Positions 50,446 through 64,000 of a stretch of 64,000 nucleotides of DNA are shown piece by piece. Numbering within the stretch: the stretch's first letter is position 1; every line of letters starts with the position of its first letter. The notes under the pieces are model-generated. The model had not been told where the DNA came from and did not search any database. It worked only from the letters and a program-made list of their open reading frames with translations. Source of the DNA: Octopus vulgaris (taxonomy: Eukaryota); contig OX597816.1 of the NCBI GenBank assembly GCA_951406725.2, positions 105,524,001-105,588,000 of the forward strand, written 5' to 3'. The translations under genes were made by a program, and so were the position numbers.

Positions 50446-51260
50446 GACCCAGGAAAGCACTACCTCCTTCAGGGACCTGATGCAGATCAGCGTGTCAAGT
50501 CTGAGGCCATGTGGGAAGATGAATAGAGGTATAACATCACCATCACTAGTGATCACTCCAAACACCATGATGTTAACTAGATGTTTGATTTTTATCATTC
50601 TCAGTACATGTTTTGGGGACACGGCAAGCCAATGGTTGTCCTGGGTGTTCACCACCTGATCCTGGCAGAAACTTTTCTCATCTGAGAAAAATCAAAGCAT
50701 GTTTAGCTGGAGGGGATGCTTGAGATTGTTCAAAAGCTTTATAGTAGAGTCTTTCCTCTTGTCCTTGATGGCTTGGGATAAAATCTAGCCCTTTCTTGTC
50801 TTGTATGAAGAATACCAAATGTCTTCATGCACCACCTGCTTGATAAGAAACCCAGACACTCCCATGTCCCTGGCAATGGACCTGATTGACTTAGATGGAT
50901 CGCTGTCAATCATGGCTTGGATCTCACCAACAACCTGTGAGTTCTTTTCTCATCAGAACGATCAGAGTGAGTCTTCCAAGTTATAGTACCTTTGTAATCA
51001 TATTAGACTCATCCAACTCATTCCAAATCCTCTGCACTGTCCTCAGATTGACACCCAAACACTTTGAAATGTTTGTATTGGAGCTTCTGGCACGAATGCC
51101 AAGCAATACAGAATATCATTTCTAAATTTCTGGTAGAGTGTTATCGTGTCATGGTACTGTTTTTCTCAGACAGTCCCCAACTGACCCTACTATACTGTGT
51201 AGTCAACAAAATCAAAAGCAAACAATAAAAGAAAAAGAGCAGCAAATGTTTTATGTTTAC
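50446..51260 (-). mobile_element. Tc1/mariner (maT/DD37D-like) transposase 5' fragment, 3'-truncated
   Basis: Minus-strand FFSDEKSFCQDQ..NTQDNHWLA and MVFGVITSDGDVIPLFIFPHGLRLD. The subfamily call is from motif recall; the DDD spacing cannot be counted. Confidence 0.7.
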
Positions 51261-51314
51261 ATGTGTGTGCATGTGCACACGCACACACACAAACACAAAG
51301 TGTCTATCTGTCTG

Positions 51315-51368
<54 letters not shown>

Positions 51369-51377
51369 AATCTATCT

Positions 51378-51696
51378 ATATATAAATTAGAAAAATCCAC
51401 CTTTTATCAATTCAATAATGAAAAAATGAAATTATACCACATAGAAAAAATTACATCTTATAGAAAAATTAAATATAAGATAAAAACATATACCAATGAT
51501 TAAGTAATGTGCAAAATAATAAATAAAACGTATATATTTGGTATATATGTTTTATTTATCATTTTGCACATTACTTAATCATTGGTATATGTTTTTATCT
51601 TATATTTAATTTTTCTATAAGATGTAAATTTTTTCTATATGGTATAATTTAATTTTTTCATAGTTGAATTGATAAAAGGTGTTTTTTTCTAATTTA

Positions 51697-51700
<4 letters not shown>
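51378..51700. repeat. About 320-bp near-perfect AT-rich palindrome
   Basis: Arms of about 155 bp with few mismatches, centred near 51538, between (CTAT)n and (TA)n tracts. Confidence 0.9.
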
Positions 51701-51778
<78 letters not shown>

Positions 51779-51779
51779 G

Positions 51780-51827
51780 AAAATAAGCAACAAGAATGAC
51801 TCCGGAGTCATTCTTGTTGCTTATTTT
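51780..51827. repeat. 48-bp perfect palindrome
   Basis: aaaataagcaacaagaatgactcc|ggagtcattcttgttgcttatttt. Confidence 0.95.
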
Positions 51828-52017
51828 GATTATAATCACCCCACGGATTTTTATGGATAACACCATACAAAATTCTGGTGCATCTAAATTAAGTACCATA
51901 TTCATTTGAATCTAAATTTTTGCTAAACTATATATATATATATATATATGTTATATTTTGTGAAATTTGATTTATTATTTCTAAATTGAATTTTTCCCTG
52001 TAAGTTTGGAATAATAT

Positions 52018-52054
<37 letters not shown>

Positions 52055-52064
52055 GTAATACATA

Positions 52065-52276
52065 TGGGGAGAATTCACACAAAAAAAAAAACAAGAGACG
52101 AAGACAGGTGGTGTAGACAACAAACAGATGTATTAGTATAATGCTTGGGAAGTGAAAAAGTCTTTAATGTTTCAAGCCCATGCTCTTCCACAGAAAGGAA
52201 CACAGAAAGAAACAAGGAGAGAAAATAAAGAATGTGTAGTGGCTAGCGATCTATCATGGCAAATATATATATATAC

Positions 52277-52347
<71 letters not shown>

Positions 52348-52500
52348 TATACACACATACACACAGGTGAGCACATAAGTGCAAAACAAGGTGGAAAAAA
52401 ATAGTACTCAAATACCAAAGGTAGAGTAATATACTTTTATTAAAGCTATAAAATTATCACAAAACAGTTTTGTGATAATTTTGCAGGCTTAATAAAGGTG
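52065..52500 (-). mobile_element. Penelope-like terminal-repeat remnants with a hammerhead-like motif and a short palindrome
   Basis: Minus ctgtggaa-GAGC(atgg)GCTT-GAAAC at 52169-52193; palindrome aaaattatcacaaaac/gttttgtgataatttt at about 52450-52482. Confidence 0.45.
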
Positions 52501-55500
52501 AGAGATTCATTTTTATATATAGAAAGTAAGCTGCACTACATGACATAACATATTGATGAATTAAAAAATCTCAACAAATTAGTTGCAAAGTGATTAATTA
52601 CATAGTTAACAAATTAGAAATATCGAAGCATAGCCATTTTCATTCAATGAATATCTTTAAATTGTTTTAATGCTCACTGAAAAGTAAATATTTTATATCA
52701 AAATTATATGATATTCTCATATCATATATGTAGCAACAAGTATAAGGCAGCACCTGGTACAGTGATATTGTTATCTATATTCTACATAAGAAAAGTATAG
52801 TAATAATAATATTGTCATATGGGAACTGATTGAGAATACATGATAAATCTTCATCAGAATTTAAAATTTCAGCTGCACATCAGGAGATATGTAGGTAGAA
52901 ACATATATATATATATATTTAAAAGCAGTGTATTAACATGAATTAGGAAAAACAACGCGGAGTTTCTTTATGATAGATATTTAATAACATTAGTAGATAT
53001 GGATGAAAACAACATATAATAAAACAAAAACAATAAACTGAAACCACACACAAAAACCAATACAATTAATTCAGTAATTCTGATTATAATTCATATAGCT
53101 CTTATCTGAAGAGATAATTCCAAATAAATCTTTTTTTAAAGAGATATGTCTAAAAATACAAGTAATATATTTGTTTTTTTATCATCTCATGAAATGTTGA
53201 TGACGATGATAATGAAATAGCTACAAAGAAAGACAACTGAGATTGCAGTCGCATAATGATTTAACACTGATGTATTGGATACATGCTGGAAAAACAAATT
53301 GGACAATATAGATGGTTCAGATGATGGAAGCATTTGGCTGGACGTTCAACTGCATATAGTTTCATACCTTCTTGATTTCAAGATCAAATTCTGCAAAGGT
53401 TGTTAATTGGGTGTTTCATACTTCTAGGAGTGGGTCCATAAAATAAATATCAGATATATACTGATATATATGCAACCAACTACATCTATTGCCTTCAAAT
53501 AAGAAGTGAGTACTGGAATAACTTGGTGAAAAGAAATCAGTCTTAGAATAATTTTACAATGAGTATATGATAACTATCAGAACTCCAGTTACACTTCATT
53601 CTTTACTCAATGAAAATTATCACTTCAACAGGCATCTGGGTCTCAAATTAGCCTTGGTGTTTATGAGAGTTTATACTTGAGATTTCTTAATTAAATTATT
53701 TAATCTAAAACTTAACAAATATAAAGAATCAAACAAAGTCAGTAGAATGGTAGATCATTGAACTAAAAGTTTACTTTATTCAATTTTTATAGCCTGAGTC
53801 CAAGTTTCACCAAGATTGACTTTGTTCATATTCACTGAACCATACTCTATATATAATATGGTATATAATTAGGCCTCTTCATATTCAACTGACCCTCCAC
53901 CAGCAGCCTTACCATTCCACATCTCTCTCTCTCTCTCTCATCCAAATGCCTTGTGAAATGACGGCCCTTTCTCCTCACCATCACACATCTGTTAGCTCTC
54001 ACTCTCTCCAACCAGCTTACTTATGAGTGGTACACATCATTCTTCTCTTACTACAACATCTCTACAACTATCCAACAATCAGTCACCCTCTTACTACCAA
54101 ACAGGTAGTTGTTATCACTGCTGCTTTCCCACTAATCTCTGGCATTACTATTTCCCCACTACTACTTCTCTCCAGCACAGTCCTATCTGTTATTCTCTCT
54201 TCTACTACACTGTCACACCAATAACTCTTCCCTCATACTTTTGCTTCTCTCATCATCTCACTCTAAGCTCCACTTCTTTTATCACCCTTTGTTCTGGTCT
54301 ATTTCTAAGAGTAGTGGGGCATCTTTAGTTTTGTGAGATACAGGGCAACCTTACTACAGCTGGTGTCATAATAAAATGCACTCAGTGCACTCTGTAAAGT
54401 GGTTGGCAAATTGAGCAGAGATAATATTGGGTTGATATTTTTCTTATTTGGCACAATGTTTGTAGGAAAGGAGTGTAGACATTGAATTAAGCTTCGCATA
54501 TTACTGTTGATATCTTGATTAACCATAGAAGAATAAATGATGATGCTGTTCCTGGTGTACTTTGAATTTAGAGCAACAGATTATCTGGAAGCCCCCAGTA
54601 TGGTGTAGTTATAATCTTGTTTGACTATTACTGAAGCTGTGATAAAACTGATGAAAGAGTTTTTTTTTCCATTGAAGTTTTACAATTTTCACATGGTTAT
54701 AACAGGTTCAGCTATAAATTATGCAATAATAATCTATTATCCTTTTACTTGATAAGTCAAATGACAAAGCAACTAGTTATAAAATACACTAAGTGATGGT
54801 TCTGTATAAAACAAGAAACAAACTGACATTGAAAGGAAAGCTAACACATTGCATATCAGAATGTACAGTATGGTCCTTAACTAATCAAAGGTATAAGATG
54901 ACATCCATAGCTATGGATCTGCAGGTTGTACCAAGTCAGTCAACTGACTATATATTTACTATAAGAGTTTTTAGATCAGGGACATATTGGGGCTTTACAA
55001 CACTGATTTTCAAAAGAAAGTAATTGCAAAAGCACCCAGCAATTTGAAAACAAACAGAAGAGATATCTGAAAGATGTCTAGAAAATGTCAAAATAGTTGA
55101 ACAATTCATATAGAAGATATCTATTGTATTATTTCCATGACAATACATTTTCTTGCAAGTTTCCTATATATCTTACAACAAGTTATTCAAAGTTAGCATA
55201 TACAGTTGGGTTATTTAGGGTGAATAAGATATAGTGAAGTTAGTGTAAGTTAGTGTTAACATATTTATTATGTTAACATATTTAAAATATTTAATGCAAT
55301 GAACATTAAAATCCTCATCAAAAATAGCTGGTAGTGAAAAAAAAAAATCTACATAAGTCAATGTTATTTCAGCTAGAATGGAAGAAAAATCTGGACATAT
55401 ACCAGTCTTAGACTCAACAGTAAAATAGAGATTTCATTGCATGTTCTAAAATAGTGAAAGAAGAATTGCTGAGTAAATATATAAGATTGTACACTGGTTA

Positions 55501-58500
55501 GCATAGAGAAATAGAATTGTGTCGTGAATAAATAACTTAGAGATAACATCTGCATAGACTGACTAGGCACAACTTGAACAATTCATTTGGAAGAAAATGA
55601 TACTCAACAATCATATAAGTATTTTAAAGAAGCCTAAAGTTTATCTCAACTCTATAGATATTGCAGTAAATAAAAAGGGGATAATGATGATAATGATGGT
55701 AATAATAATAATCCTTTCTACTAAAGGCACAAAGCCTTTGGGCGGGGAGGAATAGTTGATAACAATGACCCTAGTGTTTCACTGGTACTTAAATTATTGA
55801 CCCCGAAAGGAAGAACGGCAAAGTTGACCTCAGTGGAATTTGAACTCAGAACATAGCAGCAGACGAAATGCTGCTAAGCATTTTGCTCAGCATGCTAATG
55901 TTTCTGCCAGCTTACCACTTTGATGATGATGATGATAATCATAATAATAAGAAAGAATAAATACTTCTAGTTTTAAAGTTGAAATATTTTCATTTTTTTA
56001 GTAAGAATTTTTATTTTAAGCAACAGACAGCTAAATTTGAAAGATACCCAGAGTTTCTCGCTATGTGAATTTCTTCAGGCAACAGATCTCCCTCTCTCAG
56101 TATATATATATATATATACATACAGAAAGAGAGAGAAGTGATTGCTTTGTTCCTTTATGGACTGTGTGACCATTTATATATCATCCACTTGTGAAGTCAA
56201 CAATTGTCTTACACAAACAAATGTGCATATGTGAGCTTGTGTGTGTGTGTGCACAAGATAAGAATGTATCAAAATAAGCCAACAATGGATATAGGCAATT
56301 AGTCCTGAGATTGGACCAGATACCAAAACTCCAACAGTGAATGAAAGAAGAGTGAATCTAGGCAAACAAGAGTTGGCGATAAGCAATGTACCGGTCAAGC
56401 TACGCACACACACACACACAATTTTTACTTATTTTCTAGTACAAAAACATAAATGAGCTCAATACAGTCTTGTGTTAGAATTGGAAAGAACCTGGCTGTC
56501 ATATATAAAGTAAACAAGATTCAAAGCAATGTTGTATTAAATTGATCATTTGCTCAATCAGAAGGTAAACTGAATGAAATCTTGGTCCAAGTAATATGTA
56601 ATCCTGTTTACTTTACATATAACAAGCATGCACATGCACACACTTGACCACATCAACACACACTCAACAAAAACACACACACATACATACATAAACACAC
56701 AGAGGATTTACATGCAAGCTTGTAAAGCATGCCATTATCCCTAAATACATGGCATGCTATACAAGCTAATCCATCCATTGTACTATCAGAAGCATGAAAC
56801 TTATAATAGCTTGTATTTAAATCCTGTGTATATTAAATAAAATGATATTTGTCTCTCATTTCTGCGTTGATCCCACCAATAAAAGAAAAGTACACTACAT
56901 ATATATGTGTATGTGTGTGTGTATGTATACAGTCCACTCTGTAAAATAGATGGCATTAAGAAGGGCATCCAGCTATAAAATATATACCAAAACAGACAGT
57001 GAGGCTTGGTGCAGTCCTCTGACTTACTAGTTCTTGTCAAACTGTCCAACCCATGCCAACATGGAAGATCGACATTGAATTATAATGATGATGATGATGA
57101 TATATACAGGAGAATAAGAGACACAGTGTTATCACAGACAGGCTGACAAATTGGAAAGACTTCATATGTAACAAATGCATAAGAGTAATTAGCAGTAAGA
57201 ATATCCATGAAACGAATGTTTTCAAATGTCTGCAAGGCTCCCTAAAGTTAATTTTTGTTACCTAGCTGACCTAAATAACAGTGGAGGTGGGTGTTCTGAA
57301 AAACATATTAGTCTCAGTGAGAAAAAGTTTAGAGAACTATCGTGTGTACTAGTAACAAAGGGGGAAAAGTCGAATCATTGATAGAGATGTTATTAGTTTG
57401 GTTTATAGTATTCTCCTTTTTCACAACCATATAACAACATTTATCCTTACCAAACTCCAGCCCTACATCCTTTGATGTATGTATGTATGTATGTATGCAT
57501 GTATGCATGCATATGTATGTATCATCCTATAATGTTCTCTTTTCCATGTATGCATGGGTCAGATGACATTTGTTGAGGCAGATTTTTCTATAACTGGATA
57601 CTCTTCCAGTCACTAAACCTTACCTGCTTCTGAGCAAGGTAATATTTTCATATAGCTAGACATAAATTTCATGAAAGACTGGAAACAACTTTGCTTATAT
57701 GACAGTAATGTTCATTTACAACTATCACAAGATGTCTAGACAAAGTTACACACAAACACACACATACACATACATATATGTGTGTGTGTGTCTGTCTGCC
57801 TATCTATCTATATACATATAGATACATGTGTGTGTGTGTGTGTGTGAGAGAGAGAGCGTGTGTGTGTGTATATATATATAGGGCTTCTTTCAATTTCTGG
57901 TTGACAAATCCAGTCACAAAGCTTTGGTGGCTCAGGGCTATATTAGAAGATCTTACCCAAGGTAGGACTGAACCCAACACCACCTAGTTGGAAAACAAGC
58001 TTCTCAACTGCACAGTTATACCTGTACCTACACACACATACACACACACACATACATGCATACGTACATATATACATATGTGAATAAATGTTTGAACACT
58101 GTCCTGTTGGAAAAAGAATTGAGGGTACATATGAGTAATATGCTGAAAACAGTTGTTCTTGAATGGCTTAGCAACAGTTTACAACCAGTGAGCTTCATAT
58201 TATAGCTCACCTGTGCACACAACTAGGCTACCATATAACTGAGAAATCTCTTCATGAGTTTGCTCAATGCAACAAGATACTATTTTAATATAAATTCCAT
58301 AAAGGTCAAATCAACAGTTGATGGATTTCCATTTCATTTACGTCACTTAAAAAATTGTTTTACGTTAATTTTTTCACCCTTACATAGATCAATAACTTTT
58401 GTGATAGAGCAATTTTTTTTTACAGCAAGATATCTTTTATGCTGTCAACAATATGAGTGGAATAAGAAAAAGAGTTAATTGCCTTGAGTATGAACAAAGC

Positions 58501-59334
58501 AAAATAGCTGAAGTAAATTTTGAACTGCTGCTTAGGTGTTCATATAACCATAACTAGATTTGAGCTTAAGATCATGTAGACAGTAAGCAATCCAGAATTT
58601 TATTTAGCCTTAGAGTTATTGAATCTCTTAACCTACAGTTGTATAAGATAGATGGAATATGAAGAACAACAATCATAATATTCAAATGAAGCAATAATGT
58701 TTTAAATTTTAAAACCTGGTTCCTACATAAATGCATTTAAAAGACATGCATTTGTAAATTCACTAGGAGTGTAGTCAAAGCATCAATTCTCAACCACTTT
58801 ATAAGAATAAAGTCAGTCTTTTTATGTGTATTATAATTGGTGTAATTTATCATGGTATGTTTCAATTAAATACAAGACACCTGAAAAACCTGCAATAAAA
58901 ATAACTGTGTTACTTGTCTTCATTTCTTAGACAAACCATTACCGGAGGAGAATACATTGATTAGAAGTTAACTTTACCTGTGTTTCTTAAGTACACTGCT
59001 TACTGTTTTATTTTATCTGACCATAGTTCTACATACACACCCAAGTATATGGTGGATGGATGACAACATTGGTAGAGTGTAGGACAAGACACCTTATGGT
59101 ATTTGGTCATGTTACTTTATTTTTCAGAGTTCAAATCCCATCCAAGTCCAGTTTGCCTTTCCTTTAGGTAGTTGATAAAATAAGTAGCAATCCGTAAAAG
59201 ATGTATGCAGTTGATATGATTAACTACACCCTCGAAAGTATTACTCCAGAAAAGTTACACTCCAATGACTGAAGTCAGTAAAAGAATATAAACTTACTTC
59301 ATTGTACAAAAAAGGATGAGATGGTGCTCTTTAG

Positions 59335-59555
59335 GTAGACAGACAATTCATCAACAGACAGTTGGCTGACAGACAACTTACAGACAGGACAGTTGTATGG
59401 TATGGTGCAGAGTTCTGTTGCCAGACTTAGGGTGTTCCAGCAGCCACCCTCTTGACTCAGGGTAGCACAACCTCCTCCAGGCACTTGATGTAGGCCTACA
59501 TGTTGAGTTTGAGACCATGTGGGAATTGTCTGTTAGTGAATTGTCTGTCAACAAA
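59335..59555. mobile_element. Small MITE-like element with repeated gacagacaa motifs in inverted orientation
   Basis: gacagacaattcatcaacagaca (59338) / tgtctgttagtgaattgtctgtc (59527). Confidence 0.5.
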
Positions 59556-59745
59556 TCTTTTGCACACATGCTCAATAGATGTATATTATTCAAAGATGTT
59601 TATATTATGATACAACAGAAGTCAACTTCAGCATGAAAAAAAATACTGCTACAGATTTTAAAAAAAGTCAAATAAATGCACATGAAATTTAAAACAAAAA
59701 ACTTAAACTACAATTAAATGTAATTAAATAAAAGCATAGGTTTAC

Positions 59746-60917
59746 CTTTTGCCGAAGTTGTGCTTTTTGGAATGATTCTAGATCTTTGAAACTGTGAATG
59801 ACTTTTGCATTTTCATCAGCACTGCAGGACAGATCTTCTTCAGAGCTGTCTAATAGCCTCAAGTAACGATGCTGTTTTTTGCCTAAAACTGGGCTATAAT
59901 GTTTGCTTTTACCACGTAACACTTCCTCTCTTAGTCTTCGTGTAGGTGTGTCCATCTTTGGACTTCGACGAACAGGTGATGAAGGCAGAGAAGCGCTCTG
60001 TTTGATTTCTTGGCTTGATAGTCCTCGATTTAGAGTTGATTCTTTTACTGAATCTGATAAAATATTGATTCCTGTATCAACTGAACCATGCTTTTTAAGA
60101 GTTCTTTTGATTGGGGAATGATGGGGGCTGCATGTACTTTCTGATGCACTATCATCTTCAGTAGTAGTTGAGTCTATGCTTGTTCGGTAATAATGAGCAA
60201 ACGGGGATGGTTTTTCTAAAGTGTCACTGTCTGGGAGGGAGTCCTGATGAGCAAAATACAAACGAGGTTGGTTTTCTCTGGCAGTAACAGGGACTAATTG
60301 GCTACAGTCCTGAATAGTGTTTGCTTCTAATGGCAGCTCAGAGTTATCACCACCCTCATCATCAATGTACCTAAGACTCTGACGTGCTGGATCAGCCCAG
60401 CGTGGCATATCATCAGACATGTCAGTTCGTAAAATTTCTTCTAATTCAGTTTTTGGTTGTTTAGAACCTTCACTGAGTACAAGGCTCTGTTGCCCTGTAT
60501 CCAGTGTAATTTTAGGTGGGTTTGCATTAGTAGGAACTTTTGGTCTTGCTCCTAAACATTGATAACCATCTTTTGATATTACTCCATCACTGCTGTTAGA
60601 GTTCACTATACAGTTATTTGCTGTCTCAAAGTGTATATCACGTGGATTCATGCTCACCTGAGAGATTTTAGCAGGTTGGAGTTGGTTGGTTTTATTGGCA
60701 GGAAAACCTGTGAAATTTGGTCCTTCAGAAGATTTTGCTGCTAAGCTTTCCCGGTCAATAATAATTGGAGATTCAATATGATTACCTATAGAATTTGTTC
60801 CAAATGGTTCCATTGGATAGTGTGCAGCTATCCTTGAGTTAGGATCAATAGAAGATTCTGGAATGATGCTAACATCTGGTACTGTGGCTCCACCAACAAC
60901 ACTGACAATTTCAAGCC
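59746..60917 (-). CDS. TULP4: TULP4 homolog, large internal exon (1172 nt, phase 1 to phase 0) encoding the Ser/Pro/acidic linker
   Basis: Only long non-TE ORF. It stays open upstream of the ORF-track Met to acceptor tttttattgttttag|GG (AG 60919-60918) and ends ...FKDLESFQKAQLRQK at AAG|gtaaac (GT 59745-59744). Phase 0 matches the 1361 acceptor and the strand is the same. Confidence 0.85.
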
Positions 60918-61369
60918 CTAAAACAATAAAAAAACAAATGTTAAAATTACTTAAAAAATAACTCTTAACTTAAGAAAGCAGAAAATTATTTTTGATTCAA
61001 TTATATTGTATTCTGAGAATTTTTATACATTTAGTTTTTAGCACACTATAGGCATAGTAACATTACAAAGACACATTACAGATATATTGGACTGCTAAGA
61101 CATGTTGTAAATGGATCTTCATATGTAAATTGAGTATTTCACAGACACGTGTCTTTAATTCTAAGGAAGAATTAATTTAACAGATTATGAAAAAGCTACT
61201 ACTTTGAAGTACAGATACACTTCATCCAATGAGCTTTCAAATAGTTCCTTTTTACCCAATATTACTTGGTCTATCTAAGGCTATCGTAAAAGACACTAGT
61301 TCAAGATGTCACACAGTGAAATCAAATCCAGGATAACATAATTATGAAGCAAATTTCTTAACCATTTCT

Positions 61370-61870
61370 TTATGCCACTGGGACACACTTCTAAAATGCT
61401 TACTGAGATACACTGCAGGCTGCTTCCATTGCTAAGGCACACTAAATGTGTTTACACTGTCAAGACATACTATAGACATGATTACACTGATCCCATTGCC
61501 ACCACAAAAAAAAACAAAAACAAAAAAACCCCACTTCAGACATCTTTACATTGTTTAGATACACTAGACATCAACAGTACCAAGGCAGATTACACACACG
61601 TTTACAATACTAAGACATGCTGCACAAAGGTTTACACTGCTAAAGCATAACACTTTCATAATGCTATGATAGATTAGACATATTTATACTACTAGAACAC
61701 ACTACGACCATGATTACACAGCTAAAATACTGCAGGCATATTTATAGTGAGTGTTTGTTTACATTACCAAGGCACACTGCAGATATGTCCACACAGCTAA
61801 GACATAATTAAAACACTATGAATCCTATAACAGTATTAAAACACAGAAAACAAATGTTACACCACTAAGA
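61370..61870. repeat. Degenerate minisatellite with a unit of about 30 bp
   Basis: Repeated variants of tttacactgctaagacacactacagacatg; two more units near 61040-61085. Confidence 0.7.
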
Positions 61871-62994
61871 TAGATCATGTTCAAACTCATTCAGATTAGA
61901 TCTGTATTTTTTCAAATCTTTTAGTTCATTATCCACTATTTAATAAACAGTTATGTATGCTGTAAGATATGTTGAGTGTCTTACTTTTTTAATAGTTTAA
62001 GATATCCGTGAAAAAGAGCAGAAATACATTTAGCCTGTAAAATTATATTCGGTAAGGCAACACTTTAAGATAGAACTCTGGAATTTATTTGGAAAGTATC
62101 ATACAGATAACAGTAAGATTTGTTGATCAATGTTTTCTAATAAAAATGGCCCTTTCAGATAAGTGTTCATTAATTGATGCTAACTCAAATCGATAAGTTA
62201 CTCAGTATTTATAAATGTTTATCTCAATCTAACACCATTCACTGTCTCATAGCACTGGCGGAAAATGGATTAGGTTATTCTCAGAAATCAAAATATTTTA
62301 TTCAGCTTTCTGTTAATACACTCTGAGTGTTATTTTGAGTTGTGTGTTGGGGAATATGAGATAAAACTGCTTAAAATTTGTGTTTCTGATCATTTGACCG
62401 TTGCTTTATTTTTTGTTTACCAACAATATATTGCTATAGATAAGAACTAAGCTTCAGATTCATGTAATATTAATGAATTTAAATGATTTCAATAAAAATG
62501 AAGTGTTGACTTCAAAGCAGTATGGAAAATTCACATTGTGATACACAAGATTAATGATATGTTTCTGCTTTGCTTATGATTAAAATGTCATGGGTTCAAT
62601 TTCAAGCAGCACTTTGTGTCTTTGAGTAAGGCACATCATTTTATGTTACTCCACTGTACTCAGCTGAAAATGAGTACCAGTTGACTGTTAGTGCAGCTCT
62701 CTCTCCTCCAGCTGTCACATTTTTGATTTTCCACTGGGAGAGCTAAGAAATAGTTCATGCTTACTCATAGCTACATAGGCACCTAAAACAATTCATGAAA
62801 GCATGGTACATGCTTTAAGGTTACACTTGCATGAAAGTGACAGCTGTACTTTTCAATCATCATCATTTTAACGATAATTTCAGGTGTAAAATTTTTTAAA
62901 AATTGAATATATAATAATCTTCAAAAACTTCTTTTAAAAATATTTATTTTTAACAAACTGTTTCAATGTTAAATAGAACAACTTATAGTATTTT

Positions 62995-63900
62995 ATAACT
63001 GTTTTCGCAGAGGAGTTCAAGACTAGCTGTCCATGGGGACTTCTGTATACAGATGAACTAATTCTTATAGATGAATCTGTGGAAGATTTAGAGAAGTAAT
63101 TCCAGATATGGAAACAAAATCTAGAATTGAGGAACCTCAGAATAAACTTAACATAGACCAAAGTATTAGCAGGTTGGAAAAAATTTAGAATCTTTCTTTC
63201 ATCAAGGCAAGGCTATGCTTAGTATGCAGAAAAGATGTAGCCATTCTATTTGATGTATCCAGTGTTAAGTATGGAAGCACAAGGAATGTAGTGATAACAG
63301 GTTGGTGGAAAAGGTAGTCTTTGTATGTGATAGATGCAAAGAATCAGGTGGCCGAAGATTATACATGAAATGCTCGGAAGATTCCCCAGAAGTAGCTGAC
63401 TGCTTTTATTACTTAGGTGGCCAAATTAGAAGTGAATATGGGTTTTCTGAAAGCATAGAAGCTTGAGTAAGAACAGAATGGAAAAAGTTAAGGAACTATT
63501 ACTTTTGCAAGTAAAAAAAGGTTTCTCTCTCAGAGTGAAAGACAGATTGTATGATGCTTGTATACAAAGTAGTTACAGAGAAGAGAGTACCTTGAATATG
63601 GAAGATTTGCAAAATTATGAAGTAAGCATGCTCTACTGAATGTGTATATCAGTTTTTTTAAAAGGTGAAGCACAAATGAAGTGAGAGAAAAGCATGATTT
63701 CTCTGAAATCATATGCAGTGTGAAAAGAGAAGACAGTGCTGGTATGCTCAAGTAATGCATATGAGGGATATCTGTTGTGTAAAGAAGTGCTGTAATCTTG
63801 CAGCTGTGGGAGAGGGAGATCCAGGAATACATGGGACAAAGTGGCAAAGGCAGATCTCAAGATGATAAATCTCACCAAAGATAAAGAACTGAAATAGGAA
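62995..63900 (+). mobile_element. RTE-clade LINE RT/3' fragment (decayed)
   Basis: EEFKTSCPWGLLYTDELILI (YADD equivalent), FYYLG and KGFSLRVKDRLYDAC. Confidence 0.75.
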
Positions 63901-64000
63901 ATCTGCATACTTGATATTATGACAAAATAGATATTGTGGTTTAGATGCAAAATATCAACCTCTGGGTTTTTCATCTACTATATTCCTGTTGACATTTCAT

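Noticed and set aside
59903-60121. Plus-strand 72-aa ORF
   Set aside because: Antisense shadow of the TULP4 exon.
60811-60813. ORF-track Met as the start of a standalone 374-aa gene
   Set aside because: The frame stays open upstream to a splice acceptor at 60918 and is cut by a donor at 59745, so it is an internal exon.
61370-61870. CRISPR-like array
   Set aside because: Degenerate contiguous tandem units without unique spacers, in a eukaryotic context.

Overview
AT-rich, microsatellite-rich eukaryotic genomic DNA. I infer an octopus/coleoid cephalopod origin from the SINE repertoire, recalled from memory and not searched. The window lies inside one minus-strand gene, a TULP4 (tubby-related protein 4/Tusp) homolog. 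Two clear exons (60917-59746 and 1361-1170) join in phase 0 across about 58.4 kb, and the rest of the gene lies outside the window. That interval is packed with decayed mobile DNA: at least five SINE-like families, two mariner DD34D-type elements, a DD41D and a maT-like Tc1/mariner relic, piggyBac-type MITEs, R4/Dong, RTE and CR1/Jockey-like LINE pieces, a gypsy integrase plus LTR, and Penelope-like palindromes. The most striking signal is a small (about 300-380 nt) non-coding repeat family with three copies (about 476-855 +, 36502-36802 -, 31691-31782 - partial). The two long copies carry a type I hammerhead ribozyme at the tip of a long rod-like stem. Downstream hairpins are conserved between copies by compensatory changes. 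One copy has the U3-A8 core covariant, and the two long copies sit between unusually long direct repeats (39 and 52 bp). This fits a retrozyme-like or Penelope-associated self-cleaving RNA element. Also notable are a near-perfect 87-nt inverted pair 6.7 kb apart and several candidate hidden in-frame exons in the intron. Repeat boundaries were read by eye and are approximate.
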